A stretch of 64,000 nucleotides of DNA from an uncultured Bacillota bacterium (lineage in GTDB: Bacteria; Sysuimicrobiota; Sysuimicrobiia; Sysuimicrobiales; Segetimicrobiaceae): NCBI GenBank assembly GCA_963804645.1, contig CAWDRG010000017.1, positions 1 through 64,000 on the forward strand, in the 5' to 3' direction. The notes beneath the pieces are model-generated. The model had not been told where the DNA came from and searched no databases. It worked only from the letters and a program-made list of their open reading frames with translations. Of this stretch, positions 37,598 to 47,828 are shown in pieces; the first letter of the stretch is position 1; each line of letters starts with the position of its first letter. A program made the position numbers and the translations under genes.

Positions 37598-38754
37598 CGG
37601 ACGAGAAGCTCCCGCGGCGCGTTCGAGAGGAAGTCGTAGCCCGTCTCGGTGACCACGACGTTATCCTCGATGCGAAACGCGCCGATGCTGAAGTCGTAAA
37701 TACCGGGCTCGATCGCCAGCACCATGCCCGGCTGGAGCGTGACCTTCACGCCGGGCCCGATCGATGGTTCTTCGTGGACTTCGGTCCCGAGGCTGTGCCC
37801 GGTCCGGTGCAGCATATGCTCGCGGTAGCCGCGGCGCACGATCGATGCCTCGACCTGCCGGTCCAGCTCCTCGCAGGTGATGCCCGGCCGGACAGCCCGC
37901 ACCGCATCCCAAAAGATCTCGGCGCTGGCCTCGTAGAAACGCCGCTGCCGATCGCTTGGCTCCCCGATGAAAAACCCTCGGGTGAGGTCGCCGTGATAGC
38001 CGTTGTACACCGCCCCGCAGTCGAACGTGACCATCTCGCCCCGCGACAACGTCCGCGTCGTCGCCGGGGCGTTCAACATCGCGTACCGCTGCGGGCCCGA
38101 GGCGATGCTCAGTGAGCGCACGGTGTCGGCGCCCTCGCGCATCATCGTGGTCCCCATCACGACCTGGAGCTCTCGCTCGGTCACCCCCTCCCGCATCACC
38201 TCGAGGGCCGCGACGATGCTGGCATCGGTGATGCGGCACGCCTCCCGCATGTAGGCGACCTCCTGCGGAGACTTGATCATGCGGAGATCCCACAGGATCG
38301 AGGCGCTGTCGACCCACGTTGCGGCCGGCAGCAGCCGCTGCAGCTGCCCGTACTGCTCGAGCGTCATGCCGAGCCGCTGCCCGCGGGTCTGCTCGATGCC
38401 GACGCGGCCGGCGGCCAGCCGCTTCTCGTCCATCACGATCTTGATCAGCTCGAGCGGGTCGCGGGCGACCGAGCCCATCCCGACGCCCCATCCCCGCACG
38501 TCGGCGATCCAGCCGGTCGCTTCGCCCTGCCACACTTCGAGGTTCGGCAGCAGCAGCACGGGGGCCGACGCCAGCGGGATCACCGCCGTGAACGGCCGGA
38601 ACGTGCTGGAAAACAGGTTCGTGCGGTAGCCCGTGAGGTACGTCAGGTTTCGATTCGCGGTGACGAGGAGCGCATCGATGCCCGCCTTCGACATCGCCGC
38701 GCGCGCGCGGGCCAGCCGCCCCTCGTATTCCGTCTTCGTGAACACGTCGTCCAT
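37594..38754 (-). CDS. M24 Xaa-Pro peptidase family
   Basis: Metal ligands present: FDCG…GDLTR, GHSLG..VHE, EPG, RIED. Confidence 0.9.
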   Translation of the reverse strand: MDDVFTKTEYEGRLARARAAMSKAGIDALLVTANRNLTYLTGYRTNLFSSTFRPFTAVIPLASAPVLLLPNLEVWQGEATGWIADVRGWGVGMGSVARDPLELIKIVMDEKRLAAGRVGIEQTRGQRLGMTLEQYGQLQRLLPAATWVDSASILWDLRMIKSPQEVAYMREACRITDASIVAALEVMREGVTERELQVVMGTTMMREGADTVRSLSIASGPQRYAMLNAPATTRTLSRGEMVTFDCGAVYNGYHGDLTRGFFIGEPSDRQRRFYEASAEIFWDAVRAVRPGITCEELDRQVEASIVRRGYREHMLHRTGHSLGTEVHEEPSIGPGVKVTLQPGMVLAIEPGIYDFSIGAFRIEDNVVVTETGYDFLSNAPRELLVR

Positions 38755-38776
38755 CGTCCGGCCTCCCCGTAGTGCG

Positions 38777-40324
38777 CTACTTGGTCACCCAGGTCTGACT
38801 GAGATCGATCAGCTCGACCGGGGTCCCGTGGAACCCGTGGACGCGCTTGTTCACGCCGTAGATATTGTTCGTATAGTAGATTTCCTTGGCGACCGTGTCC
38901 CGCACCAGAAGGATCGATTCCATCTGGTCGTACATCTTCTGCCGCGCGATGGGGTTGTCCGAGGCCTCCGCGTCGGTGAGCATCTTGTCGAAGTCCGGGT
39001 TGTTGTAATCCCAGTAGTTGAACGCCGAGTGCGACTGGAAGTTCTGCGCCAGCGCCTGCGCCGGGTCGCCGGTGATCCAGCCCCAGCCGATCAGAAAGAT
39101 CGGACCTTGGTGCCGGGCGAGCGCGTCGAGGTACGCGCCCCACTCCATGACCTTCACATCGGCCTTCACGTTGATCTGCTGGAGCTGCTGCTGCACGGTC
39201 TCGGCGATCTGCCGGTCGCCGAGGTAGCGGCCCTCGGGCGTCCAGAACTCGGTGGTGAAGCCGTTCGGAAACCCGGCCTCCGCCAGCATCTGCTTCGCCT
39301 TCGCGGCGTCGAACGGGACGTCGGCGCACGGCGTCGTCGCCATGACCTCGGGCGGGATCATCCCGCACTTCGCCTCCCGGCCGAGCCCGTTCAGCACGTA
39401 CTTGATGATCGGGCCCCGGTCGATCGCCATCGCGAGCGCCTGCCGCACCTTGACGTTGTCGAACGGCGGCTTCGTCACGGTGAAGCCCACGCGGACGTCG
39501 CGGGTGGACGGACTGATATCCAGCGTCAGGTTGGGGGTGCTCCGGATCTGTGCGGCGAGGTTGGACGGCGGGTTCGAGATGACATCGACCTGCCCGCCCC
39601 GGAACGCCAGATACCGCGTGCTGTCATCGGAGATCGTCCGGAACACGACCTGATCCAGATACGGCTTGCGGCCCCAGTACGTGGGATTGCGCACCAGGCG
39701 CAGTTGCTGGTTCGGCGTCCAGTCCGCGAGCATGAACGGACCGGTGCCGACCGGATGCGTATTCGGATCGGGGGCGCCGGGGCGAAGCTCCGACGGGCTG
39801 AGCACCGCGGCCACGGGCGCCGCGAGGTTCTGAAGGAACGGCGCGAAGGGACGCTTCAGCCGGATGACCACGCGGTAGTCGTTCACCACGTCCACGCCGG
39901 CGATCACTCCGACGTACCCGGCGCTCCGCGGTGCGGCCGCGGCGCGCTCCATGCTCGTCTTCAGCGCCTGCGCGTTGAACGGGGTCCCGTCCGAGAATTT
40001 CACCCCCTGCCGGAGGTCAAACCGCCACGAGGTGGCCGACAGCTCCAGCCAGTCGAGTGCGAGCGCGGGGCGGATGTGGAGATTGAGGTCGAACTGCACC
40101 AGCGTGTCGAAGATCAGGTTGCTCACGACGATGTCCGTCGCCGCCTTGTAGTTGTGGGGGTCGAGCGTCAGCGCGTCCGTCCCGAACGCGATCGTGACGC
40201 TGCCGCCCGGCGCGGGGGTCTGCGCGAACGTGCCGGTGGTCGATAGGAACAGCGCCAGCACCACCACCGCCGCCGCAGCGATCCACCCCGATCGATGTAC
40301 CCCAAGCTGTTGCATCCCGAACAC
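38777..40324 (-). CDS. peptide ABC transporter substrate-binding protein
   Basis: Signal peptide, LRQGVKFSDG, VGTGPF, VRQALAMAIDR. Confidence 0.92.
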   Translation of the reverse strand: MFGMQQLGVHRSGWIAAAAVVVLALFLSTTGTFAQTPAPGGSVTIAFGTDALTLDPHNYKAATDIVVSNLIFDTLVQFDLNLHIRPALALDWLELSATSWRFDLRQGVKFSDGTPFNAQALKTSMERAAAAPRSAGYVGVIAGVDVVNDYRVVIRLKRPFAPFLQNLAAPVAAVLSPSELRPGAPDPNTHPVGTGPFMLADWTPNQQLRLVRNPTYWGRKPYLDQVVFRTISDDSTRYLAFRGGQVDVISNPPSNLAAQIRSTPNLTLDISPSTRDVRVGFTVTKPPFDNVKVRQALAMAIDRGPIIKYVLNGLGREAKCGMIPPEVMATTPCADVPFDAAKAKQMLAEAGFPNGFTTEFWTPEGRYLGDRQIAETVQQQLQQINVKADVKVMEWGAYLDALARHQGPIFLIGWGWITGDPAQALAQNFQSHSAFNYWDYNNPDFDKMLTDAEASDNPIARQKMYDQMESILLVRDTVAKEIYYTNNIYGVNKRVHGFHGTPVELIDLSQTWVTK

Positions 40325-40345
40325 CTCCCAGTCGTCTCGTGCCCG

Positions 40346-41377
40346 CTAGTGCTGCGTCCCTGGATGAGCGTGGTGGTACGGCCGGATGACCGCCTCGGCG
40401 AACTCTGTCATGAACTGTTCAAGCGTCTGCTCGGGAACGACCCACGGCAGCACGCCGATCTGCGTGACCCCTTGGCGCTCCAGCTCCGCGACCCGGCGGA
40501 GGCAGACGGCGGCATCCCCCGCCATCGTGAAATGCGCCAGCACGTCGTCGGGGACGTGCGAGGCCGCGCGCAGCATGCTTTCGGAGTGCATCCCATAGGT
40601 CACGGTCGCGAGCTCTTCGCGGAGCCCGGGCGGCAGCACGACCCCGAGATCATCGAGCACCGGCAGCGACGACACCAGCACCCCGACGACGATCGTGCGG
40701 ACGGCGTCCCGGGCGCGCGCGCCGTCCGACGCGAACGCGGTGTGCAGCCACAGCATGGTCTCGAACCCCTCCAGGCTGCGGCCGCTGCGGGCCGCCCCCG
40801 CGCGAATGTGGCGCGTCGCGTAGGCAAACGTCGACGGCGACGCCAGTGCGCCGATGATCACGCCATCGGCGATCTCGCCCGCCAGTTCCAGGATCCGCGG
40901 ACCGCGGCCGGCGATGTAGACCGGGATCGAGGCGCGCGCGGGGAAGTCCAGGCGTGCGCCGTGCGCACGCACGATCTGCCCCTCCTGCGTCACGCGCTCC
41001 CCGGCCAGCAGGCCGCGGATCAGCGCGATCGCCTCACGGATCGCCGTGGCCGGACGGTCGCGCTTCATGCCCATCGCGGCGAAACCGGCGGCGCCCGCGC
41101 CGATGCCGAGGATCGCCCGGCCGTCGGCCAATTCGTCCACGGAAGCCATCGCCGCGGCCGTCAGCGCCGGATGGCGCGAGTACGGATCCGTCACGCACGG
41201 CCCCAGCGCCACGCGCGTCGTGCGCTCCGCGACGTCCGCCAGCGTCACGTAGCAGTCGCGGTAGAAGCGCTCGTCCGGAATCCAGACGACGTCAAAGCCG
41301 AGCGTCTCGGCCAAGACGGACAGCCGCACGTTCTCGTCGTGCACCGCCACGGGCGTCAGCCCGATCCCAAACCGCAT
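40346..41377 (-). CDS. LLM-class oxidoreductase (paralog of 36563-37597)
   Basis: GFDVVWIPDERF.RD, LGPCVTDP, YIAGRGPRILELAGEIADG. Confidence 0.88.
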   Translation of the reverse strand: MRFGIGLTPVAVHDENVRLSVLAETLGFDVVWIPDERFYRDCYVTLADVAERTTRVALGPCVTDPYSRHPALTAAAMASVDELADGRAILGIGAGAAGFAAMGMKRDRPATAIREAIALIRGLLAGERVTQEGQIVRAHGARLDFPARASIPVYIAGRGPRILELAGEIADGVIIGALASPSTFAYATRHIRAGAARSGRSLEGFETMLWLHTAFASDGARARDAVRTIVVGVLVSSLPVLDDLGVVLPPGLREELATVTYGMHSESMLRAASHVPDDVLAHFTMAGDAAVCLRRVAELERQGVTQIGVLPWVVPEQTLEQFMTEFAEAVIRPYHHAHPGTQH

Positions 41378-41459
41378 GACTACGGTACCTCCCTTCTCGT
41401 CGGACGCGGCCCCGACGCGCGTGGCCCGTGCGGGGGACGCGGCGCCGAGCCGTCGCGCC

Positions 41460-42330
41460 TCACCGAGACAACCGCGGATCGAGCGCGTCCCGCAGACCGT
41501 CACCGAGCAGATTCAGTGCTAGCACCAGCGTCATCAGGAACACCCCGGGAATCACCATAATGTGCGGCGCGTCGAACAGGTAGTTCCGCCCGTCGCTGAC
41601 CATGAGGCCCCACTCCGGCACCGGCGGCTGGGCGCCGAGCCCGAGGAAGCTCAGCCCCGCGATCGCGAGGACGTCCCCGCCCAGGCCGACCGTCGCCAGC
41701 ACGATGATCGGCGCCATCACGTTCGCGAGTACGTGCTGCCGCATCGCGCGCAGGTCGGACGCGCCGATCGCGTGCGCCGCCTCCACGTACTCCTGGCGGC
41801 GCACCTGCAGCACCGCCCCGCGCACCACGCGCACGTACTGCGGCATTTTCGTGATCCCGACCGCCGCCGCCGCCGTCCACAGCCCCGACCCGACGATCGC
41901 CACGATCAGAATCGCCAGCAGAAAATACGGGAAGGCGAGCAGGAGGTCGGTGAATCCGCATCATCCAGCCCGTCGGACCAGCCCCCGTAGTAGCCGGCCA
42001 GCATCCCAAACGGCGTGCCGATGCACAGGCCGATGGCCGTCGCCACCGCGGCGCCGCCGAGGGTGAACCGCGCGCCGTCGACGACGCGGGCGAGCATGTC
42101 CCGCCCGAGCGCGTCGCGCCCGAACCACCCCGCAGTCCCCGGCGGCGCGGCGCGCTGCGCCAAGATCTGCGCGCTGGGGTTCAGGCTCGACACGAACGGA
42201 CCGACCGCCGCCATCACGACCACCAGCCCCACGACCACCAGGCCCGCCGCAGCCGCGCGGTCCCGGCGCAGCCGCGGCCACATCTGCCGCACGAGGCCGC
42301 GGCCGGCCCGCTCCCCGCGAGCCCCGACAT
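41460..42330 (-). pseudogene. DppC-like ABC permease, frameshifted
   Basis: FGRDALGRD…GYYGG and EYVEAA..IGA…LSFLGLG…EWG…GDGLRD are split by indels at ~42300 and ~41960. Confidence 0.8.
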
Positions 42331-43250
42331 TAGGCGTAGCGGATCCTCGGGTCGAGGTACGCATACGCCACATCGACCGCAAGGTTGATGACCGCGAACA
42401 CCCCGGCCACCAGCAGGATCGCGCCGCGGATGATCGCGTAGTCGCGGGCGAGCACGGCCGTGAGCAGCAGCGTCCCCAGCCCGGGCAGGGCGAACACCGA
42501 CTCGGTCAGCACCGCCCCGGCCAGCACCGCCCCGAACTGCAGGCCGATCACGGTCGTCACGGGCACCAGCGCGTTCCTCAGCACGTGGCGCGCGACGACC
42601 CGCGCGGTGCCCAGGCCTTTCGAATGGGCGGTCCGGACGTAATCGGAGGCGACCACCTCGAGCACGCTGCTCCGGGTCATCCGCGCGATCGCGGCCAGCG
42701 GAAACGCGGCGAGCGTGATGACCGGCAGGACGACCTGCTGGGGCGTGCCCCACCCGGAGACCGGAAAGATCGGGAATTTGATCGCGAACCACGAGATCAG
42801 CAATAGACCCAGCCAGAAGATCGGGATCGAGACCCCGCCGAGCACGATCCCGCGCGCGAGGTAGTCGATCCAACTGTACCGGCGGAGCGCGGAGAGGCAC
42901 CCGACCGACATGCCGATGATCGTCGCCACCGCGACGGACAGGGTCGCGAGGACGAACGTGACCTGGAACGTCCGTCCCAGTTCACCGGTCACCGGGCGCT
43001 TGGTCTCGAACGACCGACCCAGGTTGCCCTGCGCCGCCCCGCCGACGAACGCGACGTACTGCGCGAGCAGGGGCCGGTCCAGCCCGAGCTCGTGCCGGAC
43101 CTGCGCGATGCCGGCCGGCGTCGCGTCCTGTCCGAGCATCAACACGGCGGGGTCGCCGGGCGCGAACCGCAGCGCCACGAACACCAGCGCCGACACCGCC
43201 AGCAGGAGCGGGATCAACGCGAGAATCCGGCGCAGCACGTAGGCCGTCAC
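42330..43250 (-). CDS. DppB-like ABC permease
   Basis: PGDP…LGLD.P…QY, P.FW, DYVRTA.SKGL, RNA, E.VF.LPGLG, DPRIR. Confidence 0.92.
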   Translation of the reverse strand: MTAYVLRRILALIPLLLAVSALVFVALRFAPGDPAVLMLGQDATPAGIAQVRHELGLDRPLLAQYVAFVGGAAQGNLGRSFETKRPVTGELGRTFQVTFVLATLSVAVATIIGMSVGCLSALRRYSWIDYLARGIVLGGVSIPIFWLGLLLISWFAIKFPIFPVSGWGTPQQVVLPVITLAAFPLAAIARMTRSSVLEVVASDYVRTAHSKGLGTARVVARHVLRNALVPVTTVIGLQFGAVLAGAVLTESVFALPGLGTLLLTAVLARDYAIIRGAILLVAGVFAVINLAVDVAYAYLDPRIRYA

Positions 43251-44449
43251 GATGCCCCGGCCGCCGCGGCCGCGTACACCTTCGCCGCGTCCACCACCTG
43301 GCTGACGCTCACGTGCTCGCGCTCGCCGGCGTCCCCGATCAGCCCGGGGCCGAGCGCGACGCTCGGCATCGCGTGCACGCGGATCAAATAGCCGGCGTTG
43401 CTCGCGAACGTGATGTATGTGTGTTCCGCGGGACGCCCGAGGGCGGCGCGCACGGCCCGCTCGACGCGCTGCACGACCGGGGCCGAGGGTGACACCCCGT
43501 AGGGGGACATCCCGCTCACCTGGCCCACCCGCGCGGTGATGCGGGGGCGCGAGGCGGCGGCCCGATCGGCGAGTGCCTGGAGCACGTCCCGGATCGCCTC
43601 CGGCGACTCCTGCGGCAGGACGCGCCGGTCGAGCATCACGCAGCAGGCACCCGGCGTCCTCGGCGCCACGGCGGAGGACTCCACCTGGAACGCCGAGATC
43701 GTGGCCGCGCCGAGGGCCGGATCCGACGGAAGGTCCAGGCGCTCGATCGACGGGAGGAACGCCGCCAGCGCGAAGAGCGGATTCGCGGCGTCCTGCGGAC
43801 GCCCCCAGTGCGCCGGCACCCCCTCGAACTCGACCGCGTAGTGCGCGATCCCCCGAGCGCCGAGCACGATCGCGTTGTGCGACGGCTCGCCCGCGATGCA
43901 GATCCCCTCGCGCAGCAGCCCGATCGCGTCCGCCTCGCGAACGCCCTCATGATTGGCGGACAGATCCTTCGTGACCGCGGCGAGCTGCACGCGGCCGGGC
44001 AGCGCCCCCGCGTGCGGGGCGAGCGCCGCCATCGCCGCGAGCATCGCGGCAAGCGCCGCCTTCGGCGCGCACGCCCCGCGGCCGTAGACGACCTGACCGT
44101 CCTTGCCGAAGGGTGCGCCGTCGAGCACGACGCCGCTGTACGGATCCGTCATCGTCCCGGCGGGCCCGGAGTCGGTGTGCGTAAGCAGCAGGACGCCCGG
44201 GCCATCCCGCGGCCCCAGGTCGCCGAGCACGTTCCAGTGCTCGTCGACGGTGACGCGGGCGCCCAGCCCGCGGAGCCGCCCCGCGACGTATTCCGCCACA
44301 TCGCGCTCCTGCCCGGTCGTCCCGGGAATCTGCACCAGCGCCCGCAGCGTCCGGATCGTCTCGTCGGCATCGATCTCCGCCGCGATCCTCTCAACCTCCG
44401 GCACCCGCTCCGCCCCTTCCCGACCCGCTCGATCGACGGCCGCGGGCAC
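43247..44449 (-). CDS. M20 (ArgE/DapE-like) metallopeptidase with atypical ligands
   Basis: HTD, YGRGAC.PK, GEPS, GPG…EH. The usual D and EE ligand motifs are not canonical. Confidence 0.75.
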   Translation of the reverse strand: MPAAVDRAGREGAERVPEVERIAAEIDADETIRTLRALVQIPGTTGQERDVAEYVAGRLRGLGARVTVDEHWNVLGDLGPRDGPGVLLLTHTDSGPAGTMTDPYSGVVLDGAPFGKDGQVVYGRGACAPKAALAAMLAAMAALAPHAGALPGRVQLAAVTKDLSANHEGVREADAIGLLREGICIAGEPSHNAIVLGARGIAHYAVEFEGVPAHWGRPQDAANPLFALAAFLPSIERLDLPSDPALGAATISAFQVESSAVAPRTPGACCVMLDRRVLPQESPEAIRDVLQALADRAAASRPRITARVGQVSGMSPYGVSPSAPVVQRVERAVRAALGRPAEHTYITFASNAGYLIRVHAMPSVALGPGLIGDAGEREHVSVSQVVDAAKVYAAAAAGAS

Positions 44450-44473
44450 GCGCCCGCGGCCGTCGGCGGTCAG

Positions 44474-46057
44474 CTAACAGTACGTGGCGTATTCGCGCCC
44501 ATCGATCGGCACGCTGATCACCGCGGGCTGGCCGCCGCGGATCGCGTCCTCGACGGCGCGGCTCAGGTCGGACAGCGATCGCACCCGCGTTCCCGCCACT
44601 CCAAATCCGGTGGCGATCGCCGCGAACTCCGGCGCCGGAAAGTCTACGCCGTACGGTTCGAGCTTGCGCCGCTGCTGCCCCACCCGAATCAGGCTCAAGC
44701 TGTCGTCGACAAAGCACACGACGACGACCGGGACCCGATACTGCCTGAGAAAACTCAGGTTGTGCAGCATCATGAGGAGCCCGCCGTCGCCCACGAGCGC
44801 GATCGTCGGCCGATCGGGAAACTGCAGCTTCGCAGCGATCGCGGCCGGGAGGCCGTAGCCCATGCCGGACAGCCCGTTCGACATGAAAAACGTGTTCGGC
44901 TCGTAACTCTCCCAGAACTGACCGGCGTAGTACTTGTGGGAGCCGACGTCGCACGCGAGGATGGTCTCCCGCGGCGCCGCCGCCCGGATCGCCCGCACGC
45001 ACGCGAGCGGGCTGAGGCCCTCGACGGTGGACATGGGCGCGGGCCGCACGCGGGCGCGGCCCGCAGCGACCGCGTCCTCGGGCCACGCGGCAGGGTGCGC
45101 CGAGATCCGCAACTGCGCGAGCAGCCCGCCGATCTCTCCGCGCACCTCAAGCGGCCGGTACGTACCCTCCGCGGTGCTGGAGCGCGAGAGGTTCGCGAGC
45201 GACCGGCCCACATACCAATCCTTATCGCACTCGACGGGGTCGAAGCCCACGCCCAGGAGGAAATCGGCTTGATCGACGGTCTCCATCACCGCGCCGTCCA
45301 CCGCCATGCCGCCGACCACCCCGAGAAACCCCGGGGCATCCTCGGGCAGGAGGCCCTTCGCCTTGGGCGTCACGACGAACGGCATGTGCGTCGCATCCAC
45401 GAAGCCCCGCAGCGCCGGCGCATCCAGGGGACGGCAGCCGAGACCGACGACGAGCAGCGGCCGCACCGCCGCGTTGAGCGCGGCGCGGATCTCGTCGAGC
45501 GACGCGCCCCCGCCGGGCGCATCGGGCTCGGGGCCCGGCGCCGCGGCGGCGCCGGGCTGTGCGGCCGCGCCGGCGAGATTGCTCGGCAGCGCGAGGTGGA
45601 CCGGCCCCGGGGGTTCTCCGGTCGCCACTTTGACGGCGCGGCGGACCGTTTCCGCCGTGCCGCGGCCGTCGAGGGTCTGGCTCCACTTCGTGATCGAGCC
45701 GAAAAATCGGTCCAGCGGAAGCCGCTGATGGGGGAAATGGGGCTCGAGCGCGGTCGACAGCTGCGCCGTGATCGCGAGCACGGGCGACCGGTCGAGCAGC
45801 GCGTTCGACACCCCGAGCGCAAGGTTCACGGCGCCGGGGCCGAGCGTCGCGAGACACACCCCCGGCCGGCCGGTGATCTGACCGGTCACATCCGCCATGA
45901 ACGCCGCGCTGGCCTCGTGACCGGTCAGGAAGAAGCGGATCCCGGCGCGGCGGCACGCGTCGAGCAGGAGCGTGATCTCGCCCCCGGGAAGGCCGAAGGC
46001 GATCTCGGTCCCGCTCTCCACCAGTGTCGCCGCGATCGCGTCGGCGTTGGTCGTCAT
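44474..46057 (-). CDS. ThDP-dependent enzyme, acetolactate-synthase family
   Basis: FGLPG, HEASAAFMA, TLGPG..N, DVGSH, MGYGLPAAI, GDGG. Confidence 0.9.
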   Translation of the reverse strand: MTTNADAIAATLVESGTEIAFGLPGGEITLLLDACRRAGIRFFLTGHEASAAFMADVTGQITGRPGVCLATLGPGAVNLALGVSNALLDRSPVLAITAQLSTALEPHFPHQRLPLDRFFGSITKWSQTLDGRGTAETVRRAVKVATGEPPGPVHLALPSNLAGAAAQPGAAAAPGPEPDAPGGGASLDEIRAALNAAVRPLLVVGLGCRPLDAPALRGFVDATHMPFVVTPKAKGLLPEDAPGFLGVVGGMAVDGAVMETVDQADFLLGVGFDPVECDKDWYVGRSLANLSRSSTAEGTYRPLEVRGEIGGLLAQLRISAHPAAWPEDAVAAGRARVRPAPMSTVEGLSPLACVRAIRAAAPRETILACDVGSHKYYAGQFWESYEPNTFFMSNGLSGMGYGLPAAIAAKLQFPDRPTIALVGDGGLLMMLHNLSFLRQYRVPVVVVCFVDDSLSLIRVGQQRRKLEPYGVDFPAPEFAAIATGFGVAGTRVRSLSDLSRAVEDAIRGGQPAVISVPIDGREYATYC

Positions 46058-46216
46058 CCTGCGCCACCCACCTTCAGCCCGCAACCGCGAGCCCGCCTCT
46101 CGAGTCTCGATCCTCGCCGCCAGGACATGGGTTCGGCACTCGTCCGGTGCCGCCCCGCCGCGGTCCCCGGGGATGCGCCGTCGCAGCGGACATCGGCCGG
46201 ATCGTCGAGCGCTCGC

Positions 46217-47095
46217 TTATTTCGAGCCCGCAAACGCTTGGTTGAACTCGTTCCACGGAATGCTCACGTCGAGCCACAGATTCAAACGCCCGACGTACAC
46301 GATCAGCGCATCGACCATTTCGCCCGCGTGCGGCGCGGGCAGCTCAGGGAGCGCGCCCGCCGCGAGTTCGAGCACCGCCGCCGCGCGGTCGAGCTGGTAC
46401 CATCCCCGCAGCCGCCCCGCCGCGTGGCGAAGCAGACGTGACGCGAAGGGCGGAACCGCGCCCGTCGCGCGCGCCTCCTGACGCAGAAGCCACAGCGCCT
46501 CCTGGAGGGTTCGGGTATCGCCCTCCGCGTACAGCAGCGGACCCGCGGGGCGCATGACGTCGCGCGCGCGGAGCAGCGCCGACACCTCCTCAGGCACGCA
46601 GTCGGCGATCCCGGCGTAGGCGGCGTCGATCTGTCGCGCGACCGCCGCGCCGCGCGCCGCAGGACCGCTCCGGCCAACGCCGCCGGCGCGATGTGCCGGC
46701 GTGAGGGCGCGCAGCCGCGCGATCGGGTGCCCATCCCCGTGCGGCCGCCGCAGCCGTTCGCCGGCCGCCGCCAGGGCGTCGAGGTTGTCGACGACCTGGC
46801 CCAACACGGTCACCGTGGCATCCTCTTCCTGGATGCGACCGTAGTAGACGCAAAAGAGCTGCCGATCCGGCCAGAACGCGACACAGCCGCGCGGGAGCAC
46901 CGCGACCGGCCGCGCGCGCTCGACCTCCAACACGACCGGAAGATGGAGCATGAATTCGTCGCCCGCGATCTTGGCGTAATGTGCGGTGGTCGAGAACGGC
47001 AGCAGTCTCTCAAGCGCCGCGCACGTGGCCGGAGCGGACTCGGGATCGAGCCGAGCGCGCGCCGCGGTTCCCTCGAGGTCGATCTCGATCTCCAC
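46217..47095 (-). CDS. DUF3830 cyclophilin-like domain plus helical C-terminal domain (cucumopine-synthase-like)
   Basis: APATC…LP…H.KIAGDE…G.VAFWP…YYG…G.V..N. C-terminal YVGRLNLW…PW. Start uncertain. Confidence 0.6.
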   Translation of the reverse strand: MEIEIDLEGTAARARLDPESAPATCAALERLLPFSTTAHYAKIAGDEFMLHLPVVLEVERARPVAVLPRGCVAFWPDRQLFCVYYGRIQEEDATVTVLGQVVDNLDALAAAGERLRRPHGDGHPIARLRALTPAHRAGGVGRSGPAARGAAVARQIDAAYAGIADCVPEEVSALLRARDVMRPAGPLLYAEGDTRTLQEALWLLRQEARATGAVPPFASRLLRHAAGRLRGWYQLDRAAAVLELAAGALPELPAPHAGEMVDALIVYVGRLNLWLDVSIPWNEFNQAFAGSK

Positions 47096-47227
47096 GACGG
47101 TACGGTGAACCTCCGGCAGTTGGCAGGCGTCGCGCCCATTTTGGGGACGAGTTCGCAGGGAAATTGCACCAGGGGTGGAATATTTCCTGCCACATTGTGT
47201 TCGTACTTCAACTCCAGGCGGCGCTTG

Positions 47228-47815
47228 GTGGGCAAGACACGCATCGACGACGGACTCCCCGTCGACCGTCCTTCCGCCGGCATCGGGGAAAAATTGGCGT
47301 CCCTGCGCAAGCAGCGGGGCCTGACCCTGGTCGAGCTGGCCGGCGCCGCCGGCACGAGCCCGAGCTTCCTCAGCCAGCTCGAGCGCGGCACCACCAACGC
47401 GTCGATCGATACGCTTCGCCGCATCGCCACCGCCCTCGGCGTGCCGATGTTTCACCTGTTCGTCGATGAGCCGAGCGCGCTCTGGGTCGTGCGCCGCAAC
47501 GGGAGGAAACGGCTGTCGTATCCGGATTCCGGCGCCACCTACGAACTGCTGGTGCCCGATCTCAACCGAGAAATGGAGCTGGTCCTGATCACGCTGGACG
47601 AGGGGCGCGCGACGTTCGACGCCCCGTTCAGCCATGCCGGGCACGAATGCGACGTGGTCCTTGAGGGCGAGGTACGGTTCGAGATCGGCAGTCGGCTCGA
47701 GGCGCTGGAGGCGGGCGACGCGATTTACTTCGACTGCACCATTCCGCACCGGTTCGTGAACGTCGGGCGCGGTGCGGCGCGGCTCCTGTCGGTCGTCTCA
47801 CCACCAACGTTCTAA
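47228..47815 (+). CDS. XRE-family regulator with cupin sensor domain
   Basis: LRKQRGLTLVELA…SFLSQLERG and H.G.E..VLEG…GDAIYF…PHRF.N. Confidence 0.9.
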   Translation: MGKTRIDDGLPVDRPSAGIGEKLASLRKQRGLTLVELAGAAGTSPSFLSQLERGTTNASIDTLRRIATALGVPMFHLFVDEPSALWVVRRNGRKRLSYPDSGATYELLVPDLNREMELVLITLDEGRATFDAPFSHAGHECDVVLEGEVRFEIGSRLEALEAGDAIYFDCTIPHRFVNVGRGAARLLSVVSPPTF

Positions 47816-47828
47816 GGAGCGAGACCGC

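Noticed and set aside
43808..46441. 877-aa + strand ORF
   Set aside because: Antisense to the ALS-like and M20 genes.
47096..47749. N-terminal extension of the 510-aa minus ORF
   Set aside because: It overlaps the XRE-cupin gene in antisense. The real start is probably near 47095.
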